A stretch of DNA of 64,000 bases from Candidatus Beckwithbacteria bacterium (GTDB taxonomy: Bacteria; Patescibacteriota; Microgenomatia; UBA1400; CG1-02-47-37): NCBI GenBank assembly GCA_026397255.1, contig JAPLVF010000011.1:7589-71588 (forward strand). The letters are read 5' to 3'. The notes below the pieces were generated by a model that did no database searches, was not told the DNA's origin, and was given only the letters and a program-made list of their open reading frames with translations. A program made the translations under genes and the position numbers. Shown piece by piece: positions 52,911-61,317 of the stretch. The first letter of the stretch is position 1. Every line of letters begins with the position of its first letter.

Positions 52911-55175
52911 TTATTTTACACTAATATTGTAGGCGGGTTCGATGATATTGCCTTTGTCGTCCAGGGGCCTGGGGCAATCAAGGCAGTAGTTTGGCTGAAC
53001 AGGGTCGGAAAGCATAAAGTGTTCCTGCATTTCTAAATTCTCTCCGCCAGTGGGCGGATTACCAGGGAGAGGAGGTAGGTTGGTAGTTTTATCAATCCAG
53101 ACAGATTGTTTTAGTTCCGGTTCAAGATCCGGTTCGTGGCCTTTGATAAAATATTCGAAGCGGGTGGCGTCGCAGGGATGGTCGGGATTAGGCTTAAAGC
53201 CGGAGAGACTGCAGATTTCCAGGCCGACCACGTTTTCCGGTTTTTTAGGCCATTCATCAGGTTTGTCTTTAAGGGTGTAGGTCATAATTTGGTGCCAGAT
53301 AGGGGCGGCGCCGGAGACGCCGGAAACAAGATAGGAAGACATGGGGGTGTTATTGTTGTTGCCGACCCAGCTAGCGACTAAATAAGAAGGGGTGTAGCCA
53401 ATGGTCCAGTTGTCGCGCAAATCATCGGTGGTGCCGGTTTTAACGGAAACGGCGTGGTTGGGAACCACTAATTGGGAGGACCCGCCAAAGGACTGACTGC
53501 GGGCATTATTATCCAAAAGGATGTGGGAAATTAAATAAGTCACTTCCGGGGGCAAAACCTTCGTGCCAACCGGAAGCTCGGTGTTTAAATCAATTTGTTC
53601 CAAGATTTTTCCCTGATAAGTGACCACCTTAAGAATTGGGGTAAGATTAACTTTCAGGCCTTGGTTGGCAAAAACACCAAAGGCGATAGCCATATCCACC
53701 ATTTTGACTTCGCCGCCGCCTAAAGTTAAAGATAAACCGTAACGGGAGGGGTCGGTAAAAGTGGTAATACCCATTGCCGAAGCCGTGGCGATCATGGAGT
53801 CAACGGAGTTGGCGGCGAGCATTTTGACCGCCGGAATATTAAATGAATTACCTAAGGCAAAGCGCATCTGGACGGGGCCGTGAAATTTGCCATCATAGTT
53901 TTTTGGACAATAGGGCGGTTGGCCGGGAACTAAAAAACAAACAGGTACATCGAGAAACAGGGTGGAAGGGGTATAACCTTTTAAAAGGCCGACGCTATAG
54001 TTAATCGGCTTGATGGAAGAACCAGGTTGGCGCTGGCGGGTAGTGACATTAACATTGCCGTCAATTGAGTCGTCAAAATAATCTTTAGAACCAATCATGG
54101 CGAGGATTTCACCGGTGCGGGGAATGGTAATTAAAGCGGCACCATTACTGACATTGGCATTTTTCAACTTGGCGACTTCGCTGGCCACTGCGCTTTCGGC
54201 GTATTCCTGAAGACTTAGGTCCAAAGAGGTGGTAACCCTTAAGCCGCCTTTTTCGACCAGGGTTTCACCGTATTTATCGACTAAAAGTTCTTTAATATAA
54301 AGAGAGAAATGAGGAGCCTTAAGGTTGTTTTTGGGCGGGGCAAAGACAAGTTTTTGATTAACGGCTTCGGCATATTGTGACTTAATAATATATTTATCCT
54401 GAAGCAGACGATCTAAAACTTGATGTTGACGGTTGATGGCCAACTCCGGGTTGGCGCCGAAAGGAGAGAAGCGGGTAGGGGCCTGAGGCAAGCCGGCCAA
54501 AAGAGCGGCTTCGGCCAGAGTCAGGTTTTTGGCAGATTTGGCAAAGTAAGTTTCACTGGCCTGTTCAATGCCATAAGCGGTGCCGCCGTAGGGAACATTA
54601 TTTAAATACATTTCCAAAATTTGATTTTTCCGATAGCGGACCTCGGTGGCCCAGGTTAGGATCGCTTCACGGATTTTACGGGTAATTGTCCGTTCCGGAG
54701 TAAGAAGGGAAGTTTTAACCAATTGCTGGGTAATGGTGGAACCGCCCTGAAGATTTTGTTTAAAAACCGTATTTAAAAAGGCGCGGGTGAGACCTTCCCA
54801 GGCAAAGCCGTGGTGGTGGTAAAAATTTTTATCTTCAATGGCGATGGTGGCTTGAGCAATATAGGGTGGCAGATCTGTTAGTTTAATCGGAGTGCGATTC
54901 TGTTCGGCATAAATTTCGTATAAGAGTTGGCCGTTTCTATCTAAAATTTTAGTGGAAACAGGAAATTGATCAGAGCCGAGTTTGTTGGGATTGGGCAGGT
55001 CTTTAAAGATCTTTATAAATCCATAACCGATTAACAGCAGGCTAAAAATAAAGACAAATTTTTTTACTTTGTTTTTTAGTTTCTTCTTTACTTTCTTCTT
55101 TCGCAAACCGATTAGAAATTTGCTAAAAATAAAGACAAATTTTTTTACTTTGTTTTTTAGTTTCTTCTTTCGCAT
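52911..55175 (-). CDS. class A penicillin-binding protein, PBP1A family, copy 2 (N-terminal tandem duplication)
   Basis: GT51 'EDKNFYHHHGF', 'GGSTITQQ'; TPase 'GSSIKPINY', 'SFN', 'KTGTTDD'. Confidence 0.9.
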   Translation of the reverse strand: MRKKKLKNKVKKFVFIFSKFLIGLRKKKVKKKLKNKVKKFVFIFSLLLIGYGFIKIFKDLPNPNKLGSDQFPVSTKILDRNGQLLYEIYAEQNRTPIKLTDLPPYIAQATIAIEDKNFYHHHGFAWEGLTRAFLNTVFKQNLQGGSTITQQLVKTSLLTPERTITRKIREAILTWATEVRYRKNQILEMYLNNVPYGGTAYGIEQASETYFAKSAKNLTLAEAALLAGLPQAPTRFSPFGANPELAINRQHQVLDRLLQDKYIIKSQYAEAVNQKLVFAPPKNNLKAPHFSLYIKELLVDKYGETLVEKGGLRVTTSLDLSLQEYAESAVASEVAKLKNANVSNGAALITIPRTGEILAMIGSKDYFDDSIDGNVNVTTRQRQPGSSIKPINYSVGLLKGYTPSTLFLDVPVCFLVPGQPPYCPKNYDGKFHGPVQMRFALGNSFNIPAVKMLAANSVDSMIATASAMGITTFTDPSRYGLSLTLGGGEVKMVDMAIAFGVFANQGLKVNLTPILKVVTYQGKILEQIDLNTELPVGTKVLPPEVTYLISHILLDNNARSQSFGGSSQLVVPNHAVSVKTGTTDDLRDNWTIGYTPSYLVASWVGNNNNTPMSSYLVSGVSGAAPIWHQIMTYTLKDKPDEWPKKPENVVGLEICSLSGFKPNPDHPCDATRFEYFIKGHEPDLEPELKQSVWIDKTTNLPPLPGNPPTGGENLEMQEHFMLSDPVQPNYCLDCPRPLDDKGNIIEPAYNISVK
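55041..55175. repeat. in-frame 81-bp tandem direct duplication at the 5' end of the PBP copy-2 gene
   Basis: Unit GCTAAAAATAAAGACAAATTTTTTTACTTTGTTTTTTAGTTTCTTCTTT... occurs at 55041 and again at 55122; this encodes a duplicated 'KKKLKNKVKKFVFIFS' peptide. Confidence 0.8.
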
Positions 55176-55201
55176 AAAGATATTATATAATAGGAAACTA
55201 A

Positions 55202-55783
55202 ATGAAATTTAAAAATGTGACCATTTCCGGCCGGGTGTGTACGGGTACCAGCACTTTAAGCCAGTTATTGACGGAAAAAATCGGCTGGCGGCATTGGAAC
55301 GCCGGCCAATTTTTCAGGGACTATTGCCGGGAAAACAATTTATCTTTAGAAAACGCCTCTGATAGGTCGGATGATTTAGCCAGAAAAGTGGATTTAGAGA
55401 TGAGGCAAAATTTACAAACAAAACAAAAGCAGATTATGGAGGCTTGGTTGTCCGGGTTTGTCGCTCAAGGAGTGGAAGGGGTGCTAAAAGTTTTACTGGT
55501 GTGTGATGACAGTTTGCGAATTGACAGATTGGTTAATCGTGACGGCATGACGGTGGAGAAAGCAAAGGTAAGAATCAAACAAAGAGAGCAGGAAAATGCC
55601 AAAAAATGGACACGGGTTTATCAGAAAGAGTGGCGGCTGTGGTTGCCACAAGATAAGCAAAAGTTAAAGACACCAGAAGGGTTTTTTGATTTTTGGCACC
55701 CGGCTTTGTATGATTTGGTAATTGATACTTATTCCAACAGTAAAGAAGAAACATTAAAAAAAGTAATGGAGGCCTTATGTTGA
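55202..55783 (+). CDS. cytidylate-kinase-like P-loop NTPase family protein
   Basis: Degenerate P-loop 'ISGRVCTGTSTLSQLL'; size and layout of the Cytidylate_kin2/AAA_18 family. Confidence 0.4.
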   Translation: MKFKNVTISGRVCTGTSTLSQLLTEKIGWRHWNAGQFFRDYCRENNLSLENASDRSDDLARKVDLEMRQNLQTKQKQIMEAWLSGFVAQGVEGVLKVLLVCDDSLRIDRLVNRDGMTVEKAKVRIKQREQENAKKWTRVYQKEWRLWLPQDKQKLKTPEGFFDFWHPALYDLVIDTYSNSKEETLKKVMEALC

Positions 55784-56526
55784 AGAAACTTTTAGTGGGT
55801 TTGGTTTTAATATTTGCGTTAGCGGCGCCGACCAGCGCTGCCAGTGATTATTACCTGCCTTATCCGGGAGCCTTGCCAGACCATCCGCTATATTGGTTAA
55901 AAATGGTACGGGATCGGATTCAGTTATTGTTAACCACCAATACTTTAGCAAAAGCGGAAAAACTGCTGTTATATGCAGATAAGCGCTTGGGTGCAGGTTG
56001 GGCATTAGTGGAAGGTAATAAGCAAGCCTTGGGTATGACAACTTTAACCAAGGCAGAAAAATATTTATATCAGGCGGTGGCACTCGGGGAAAACTCCGGC
56101 CTAAAAGAAACCTTAAAAAAGGCAGTACAAAAACATGAAGAGGTGTTGACGATTGTTAAGGATAAAGTTTCAGATGAGTTTAAAAACAGCCTGCAGGAAA
56201 TGATTACCAGAGATAAAAATTATGAGGCGGGATTGGGGATCGCGACAGAAGTGAAGACGAAGATAGATTTCGGGGATAACCAAGTAGTGACAGCAACTGT
56301 GTCGGCCAGTACAGCCTTGGAGGCTTTGGAAAATGCCAGTAGTGGGGTGAAAGTAAAAGACTATGATTGGGGAAAATTGGTGGAAGAAGTGACCACAAAG
56401 AAAAATACACCCCAAAAAGCCTGGATTTATTTTGTCAACGGTGAGGCAGGCAAAGTGGCAGCGGATAAACAGGAGGTGAAAGCCGGCGACATAGTGGAGT
56501 GGCGTTATGAAAAACCTATTTATTAG
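55777..56526 (+). CDS. secreted protein with a C-terminal DUF4430 (transcobalamin-like beta-grasp) domain
   Basis: Signal peptide; C-terminal 'ALEALENASSGVKVKDYDWGKLVEEV...KAWIYFVNGEAGKVAADKQEVKAGDIVEWRYEKP' fits the DUF4430 consensus (WmYkVNG...GDeI.w.Y). Confidence 0.6.
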   Translation: MLKKLLVGLVLIFALAAPTSAASDYYLPYPGALPDHPLYWLKMVRDRIQLLLTTNTLAKAEKLLLYADKRLGAGWALVEGNKQALGMTTLTKAEKYLYQAVALGENSGLKETLKKAVQKHEEVLTIVKDKVSDEFKNSLQEMITRDKNYEAGLGIATEVKTKIDFGDNQVVTATVSASTALEALENASSGVKVKDYDWGKLVEEVTTKKNTPQKAWIYFVNGEAGKVAADKQEVKAGDIVEWRYEKPIY

Positions 56527-57019
56527 TTTAATTTTGATTTCCTTGGCGATAGGGGAAAGGTTGTGGTTTGATTTGGGACCAAATGTGGAATTGATAATGA
56601 CGACTTCGGTATTAGCCTCAATTTATTTAGGCAGACGTTGGGGGGTAGTGGTGGCTTTGTTAAGTTTAATGATTTCGGACTTAGTCATCGGCAACACGAT
56701 GATTATGATTTTTACCTGGAGCGCGTTTAGCCTAATTGCTTTTGGTGGGAGATGGTTAAAAAATAAAGCTTTCCTTTTTGGCGCCGGTTACGGTTTGGCC
56801 GGGGCGCTGTTTTTTTACTTTTATACCAATTTTGGGGTGTGGTTGATCGGTGGGTTATATCCACATACTTTATTTGGATTAATTGATTGCTATGTGATGG
56901 GCTTGCCGTTTTTGAAACTACAGGCAGTCAGCAGTATGGTATTTTTAGGCGGAACATTAGGAATAATAAATTTATTAAACTTAAGATTTTGGGTAAGCCG
57001 GTGCCCACGCTCTGCGTAA
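56507..57019 (+). CDS. polytopic membrane protein, ECF-transporter S-component-like
   Basis: About 5 TM helices in 170 aa; start overlaps the DUF4430 gene stop (translational coupling). Confidence 0.35.
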   Translation: MKNLFISLILISLAIGERLWFDLGPNVELIMTTSVLASIYLGRRWGVVVALLSLMISDLVIGNTMIMIFTWSAFSLIAFGGRWLKNKAFLFGAGYGLAGALFFYFYTNFGVWLIGGLYPHTLFGLIDCYVMGLPFLKLQAVSSMVFLGGTLGIINLLNLRFWVSRCPRSA

Positions 57020-57126
57020 AGCTACGCGGGGCAAGGAATTCCGGCGCTGTGCCGCAACTGTAATTCGTTTTAAGCGATAAGCCAGAAAACCAAAGCTTGA
57101 GATAGGCTCCCGAGCAGGAGGGGTTA

Positions 57127-58884
57127 ATGGCAGAACACAGTTTTGATTGGCAAGTAGCAGGCATAGCGATTAGTAAGGCATTTGATCAGTCTTTTGGTCA
57201 GGGTGTAAATCAGATTGGTAACGAAATTAAGAATGTATTTGCCAAAACTCAAGAAATGGTCAAGCCGCAGGAGTCTTATTTTAAAACTCCATTGGAGATA
57301 AGAGATAATAAGATATATTGGCAAGATTACGAACAATCAATTAGCCACTCATTGTTACGTAATGCGGCATTATTGCGATTAAATGGGGCGTCAAAAGAAG
57401 AAATTGAGAAAGCAAAAGCGGAGTGGAAAATGTGGAATCGTTTGGAAGAGAAAATATTAGGCCTAGAGAAAGGGCAGGTGGTTCAGTTTTTGGCCTTAAG
57501 AGGAATTGATCCAGAGCTGGGAGTTGCCTTGCAACAAATTAAAAGAGAGGAAAATGAGTTGGTTTTGGAGTCGCAATTAATGCCATTTAGTCAAATTGAT
57601 CAAATAGAAAATTTTAGGGAATTATTGGGAGAGAAAGGGGAAGATGTTAGTTTTGTGTCGGAAAGTGCAGATGTTGATCCAATGGTTGGTTGGGCTGTTC
57701 AAGGCGTGGCAATAGATTTTCAGCAAGATTTACCTGAATTAATTAGCGAAGCGTATCAATCGGTCCAACCAGAATTCTTGTCGACACAGCCAAGGCCGTT
57801 TTGGTCGTTTTCGGAGATAATACCGATTGTGGTAAAGCCGGAAATCCAGTTTGACGAAACAGCCACAACTTTAATCGAGCAGTCAATCGAACAGGAAAAC
57901 GCGATTCCGGTTACCAGCGCAACCAGTTTCTGGTTTAAGTTAGCGGCCGCGTCAGGAGTACCAAACATTATCGAGACACCGATGCCTGAATTTGTGACGA
58001 CTAACACAATTTTAAAGTCCGACACTGAAATGCTTTCAGATAGATTGCCAATAGCAATGATTAGTTGGCAATCGGATTTAGAAAAGGCAAGTGCAGAGAG
58101 GGAGGTGAAACAAGAAGAGGATGTTGTTTATCGACAAGAGCAGATGAGAAGCCCAGCGATTAAGCGGCAAGAATTAAGCAGAAAAACACAGTCAATGGAA
58201 ATAATTAGGCCCGTGGAAATAGAAAAAACGGAAGCTGTTCCGAGGGTGCCGGTAGAACCACTACCGGCCGCCGCAGTTACTATTTTTGAATCACAACATA
58301 TAGTTTCGCCAATTTTGATAGAAATTTCAAAAGTAATTCCAGAGCTGATTCAGTCCAAGCAACAATCAAGAAGAGTGTCCTCGGAGATCACGGACTCATT
58401 CCAGACATTCCGTTCCGGAACGGAATGTCTTGGAATGATAAAAGAAGGAGTGGTAGAAAGAAAGGCGAAACAAGAACAGACAGAGAGAGTAGTAGTTGAG
58501 CGGGGAGGAATTAAGCCTACAGGGATAATCCCTGCCTCGCCGGCAGGCAGGCTTGAAGGGCGAACAGAAAAAAGGCCAAAAATAGTCAATTCAAGGACAG
58601 TCCCTGAAGTGACTTCCGTAGAAAAGGTAGTTTATCAGGTAAAACCAAAGAAACAAGAAGTTCCGGTTTATCAAATTCCGTGGCCGAATTGGATGCCACT
58701 CAAAGACATTCCGGAGTGGGTTTGGCGGCCGGTGGCGGCAGGCCCGGACGAAATAATTGACTGGTCGTGGTTTTTGGTAACAGTGTTTTATGCATTATTG
58801 AACACAAAAGCATTACTAAAAGTAAGAGTAAATGAAAATTTTTCTTTAAATCAGGGGAGTGGTTTGGAGTTCTTGAGGAGATAA
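57127..58884 (+). CDS. large acidic hypothetical protein (585 aa) with a C-terminal hydrophobic segment
   Basis: ORF only; E/Q-rich; 'IDWSWFLVTVFYALL' possible TM near the C-terminus. Confidence 0.4.
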   Translation: MAEHSFDWQVAGIAISKAFDQSFGQGVNQIGNEIKNVFAKTQEMVKPQESYFKTPLEIRDNKIYWQDYEQSISHSLLRNAALLRLNGASKEEIEKAKAEWKMWNRLEEKILGLEKGQVVQFLALRGIDPELGVALQQIKREENELVLESQLMPFSQIDQIENFRELLGEKGEDVSFVSESADVDPMVGWAVQGVAIDFQQDLPELISEAYQSVQPEFLSTQPRPFWSFSEIIPIVVKPEIQFDETATTLIEQSIEQENAIPVTSATSFWFKLAAASGVPNIIETPMPEFVTTNTILKSDTEMLSDRLPIAMISWQSDLEKASAEREVKQEEDVVYRQEQMRSPAIKRQELSRKTQSMEIIRPVEIEKTEAVPRVPVEPLPAAAVTIFESQHIVSPILIEISKVIPELIQSKQQSRRVSSEITDSFQTFRSGTECLGMIKEGVVERKAKQEQTERVVVERGGIKPTGIIPASPAGRLEGRTEKRPKIVNSRTVPEVTSVEKVVYQVKPKKQEVPVYQIPWPNWMPLKDIPEWVWRPVAAGPDEIIDWSWFLVTVFYALLNTKALLKVRVNENFSLNQGSGLEFLRR

Positions 58885-58955
58885 TAGGCTGATATAGTCT
58901 GACGCAGATATTGGTAGTTGACGGTACTATGGCTGGGGGGATACTGTTTATTTTG

Positions 58956-58971
58956 ACACTGTCGGTAGTGT
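58956..58971 (+). promoter_or_regulatory. candidate NrdR box upstream of nrdR
   Basis: 16-bp imperfect palindrome ACACTGTCGGTAGTGT (ACAC...GTGT ends, as in the NrdR-box consensus), 35 nt upstream of the nrdR ATG. Confidence 0.3.
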
Positions 58972-59005
58972 TCTTTTTTTCACAGCCGCCGGAGGCGAGC
59001 CAAAT

Positions 59006-59452
59006 ATGAAATGCCCATTTTGTAATCAGCCTCAGTCTTCCGTCCTGGAATCACGGGATAGCGAGGATAATCAAGTAACCCGCCGGAGACGCGAGTGCGA
59101 AACCTGTCATAAACGGTTTACTACCTACGAAAGAGTAGAGGGTCCGCAGTTGGTGGTGATTAAAAAAGACAGAAGCCGGGAGAATTTTGATCGGGAGAAA
59201 ATCAGACGGGGAATTAGCCGCGCCTGCGAAAAGCGATCAGTGAGCACAGATTTATTAGAAGAGATTATCGACAATGTGGAAAAAGAAATGTTAAAGAAAA
59301 AAGGCAATGAGATTTCCAGCCGACTGATTGGTAATGCCGTGTTAAAACAATTGAAAAAAATTGACAAAGTGGCCTATGTCAGATTTGCCAGTGTGTATCT
59401 GGATTTTGACGATATTGAAGATTTTACATCTTTAGTTAAGGAAATTAAATGA
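59006..59452 (+). CDS. nrdR: transcriptional repressor NrdR
   Basis: Zinc ribbon 'CPFCN...CETCHKRFTTYERVE' plus ATP-cone; 4-bp overlap with the downstream nrdJ. Confidence 0.9.
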   Translation: MKCPFCNQPQSSVLESRDSEDNQVTRRRRECETCHKRFTTYERVEGPQLVVIKKDRSRENFDREKIRRGISRACEKRSVSTDLLEEIIDNVEKEMLKKKGNEISSRLIGNAVLKQLKKIDKVAYVRFASVYLDFDDIEDFTSLVKEIK

Positions 59453-61317
59453 AAAAATTAAAATTATCAGATAACGCTTTAACGGTGTTAACCAAGCGAG
59501 ATTATTTGAAACGGGATAAAGACGGAAGGATTACAGAGACTCCGGAACAAATGTTTAGGCGGGTGGCTAAGGCGATTGCAGGAAAAGATAAAGAATGGGA
59601 GGAAAGATTTTTCCAAGCAATGGCTAATTTGGAGTTTTTACCGAACTCGCCGACATTGATGCACGCGGGGACGAAGTTTAACCAGCTGTCGGCTTGTTTT
59701 GTGCTGCCGCTTCAAGATAGTCTGGAAAGCATTTTTAAAACCATGGAACACACAGCGACGATTGCCCGCACCGGCGGCGGAGTGGGGATTCCTTTGTCAA
59801 ACTTGAGGCCAAGAGGGTCAAAGGTCAGGTCAACTGGCGGGATTACTTCCGGGCCGATTTCCTTTTTACAATTGTTTAACCAAGTAGCCAACGTAATTAA
59901 TGAAGGTTCCAGCCGGCGGGTGGCTCTCATGGCGGTCATGAATGTGCAACATCCGGATATCATGGACTTTGTTTTTGCCAAAGGAACGGAAGATGAGATT
60001 ACCAATTTTAATATTTCGGTCGGGGCAACCGATGCTTTCATGAAGGCGGCAGTTAACAACAAAGATTATGAGTTAAGGATGCCGAAAACCGAAGAGGTAG
60101 TGAAGAAAATTTCGGCCAGACGGATTTTAGACATGATTACTTTCCAAGCCTGGAAAACGGCCGATCCGGGCATGGTTTTCTTAGACAGAATGAATGCGAA
60201 AAGTCCGGTGAACCATTTGGGCGAGATTCAGACAACCAATCCTTGCGGTGAGCAGCCACTACTGCCTTATGAAAGCTGTAATTTGGGCTCGATTAATTTA
60301 TCTAAATGCCTAAAAGAATCGGCCAAAGGCCGACACGAAGTGAATTGGCAGAAATTAGAAAAATTAATCAGGTTAGGGGTGAGATTTTTAGATGACGTGA
60401 TTGATGTTTGTACTTATCCGATTGAAGAAATTGAGCTGATGAGCCGGCGGACGAGGAAAATCGGTTTGGGAGTGATGGGGTTTGCGGACGCCTTGACGCT
60501 TTTAAATATTGCTTATGCTTCCAATGAAGGATTGAAAACGGCCGAGAGATTGTCGAAGTTTATTCACGACACGGCAGTGAGCGAGTCCAAATTCTTAGCC
60601 AAAGAAAGAGGGTCCTTTCCGGCATTTAAGGGTAGTGCCTGGGAAAAACAAGGGTTTAGCGGGATGCGCAATTCGACGGTCAACACGGTGGCGCCGACCG
60701 GAACAATTTCGATTATTGCTGATTGTTCCAGCGGGATCGAGCCGTTGTTTGCTTTGTCATATGTGCGGAAAAATATTTTAGATGTGAATAATACCGAGTT
60801 GGTGGAAACGAATAAGTTGTTTGAGAAAGCAGCCAAGCAAAAGAAATTTTATTCGGCAAAATTAATGCGGCAAATCAGCGAGACCGGCGGAATTGATGGC
60901 TTAAAGGGTGTACCAGGGCAGTTTAAAGATTTATTTAAGGTCAGCCATGAGATTGATTGGTCCTGGCACGTGAAGATGCAGGCGGCCTGGCAGAAATATA
61001 TTGACGCGGCGGTTTCTAAAACAATTAACATGTCTTCGAGTGCGACGCCGGATGATGTGCGGGAAGCCTATATTTTGGCTTATGAGACTGGCTGTAAAGG
61101 GATTACAGTTTACCGTGATGGCAGTAAAAGCCGGCAGGTGTTGAATGTAGGAATAACTAAGAGTGCCACTCAGCAGATTATTGATGATAACCGGAAATGG
61201 GTGGGGAATGGACACCGAGAGGAAGAATTGTGCCCGGAATGCGGCGGTGAGTTAACGTTTAAAGAAGGTTGTGCGACTTGTTTAGCTTGCGGCTATTCAA
61301 GATGCACAGTGTCATGA
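59449..61317 (+). CDS. nrdJ: class II (adenosylcobalamin-dependent) ribonucleotide reductase NrdJ, paralog 1
   Basis: 'LSACFVLPLQDSLESIF', radical-Cys block 'NPCGEQPLLPYESCNLGSINLS', 'VYRDGS', C-terminal Zn ribbon 'CPECGGELTFKEGCATCLACGYSRC'. Confidence 0.85.
   Translation: MKKLKLSDNALTVLTKRDYLKRDKDGRITETPEQMFRRVAKAIAGKDKEWEERFFQAMANLEFLPNSPTLMHAGTKFNQLSACFVLPLQDSLESIFKTMEHTATIARTGGGVGIPLSNLRPRGSKVRSTGGITSGPISFLQLFNQVANVINEGSSRRVALMAVMNVQHPDIMDFVFAKGTEDEITNFNISVGATDAFMKAAVNNKDYELRMPKTEEVVKKISARRILDMITFQAWKTADPGMVFLDRMNAKSPVNHLGEIQTTNPCGEQPLLPYESCNLGSINLSKCLKESAKGRHEVNWQKLEKLIRLGVRFLDDVIDVCTYPIEEIELMSRRTRKIGLGVMGFADALTLLNIAYASNEGLKTAERLSKFIHDTAVSESKFLAKERGSFPAFKGSAWEKQGFSGMRNSTVNTVAPTGTISIIADCSSGIEPLFALSYVRKNILDVNNTELVETNKLFEKAAKQKKFYSAKLMRQISETGGIDGLKGVPGQFKDLFKVSHEIDWSWHVKMQAAWQKYIDAAVSKTINMSSSATPDDVREAYILAYETGCKGITVYRDGSKSRQVLNVGITKSATQQIIDDNRKWVGNGHREEELCPECGGELTFKEGCATCLACGYSRCTVS

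Noticed and set aside
55041-55175. Possible CRISPR-like repeat
   Set aside because: Only two copies of an 81-bp unit, in-frame within a coding 5' end, with no spacer-repeat periodicity and no cas genes. It is a tandem duplication, not a CRISPR array. No CRISPR-like arrays were seen elsewhere in the window.
57020-57126. Possible hairpin or ncRNA between the ECF-S-like gene and the 585-aa gene
   Set aside because: Only imperfect inverted repeats (CTGCGTA...TACGCGG) without a following T-tract. Insufficient for a terminator or riboswitch call.
58885-58955. Second NrdR box upstream of nrdR
   Set aside because: AT-rich partial palindromes (e.g. GATATAGTCTGACGCAGATAT) are present but none matches the 16-bp ACAC...GTGT form convincingly. 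Only one candidate box reported.
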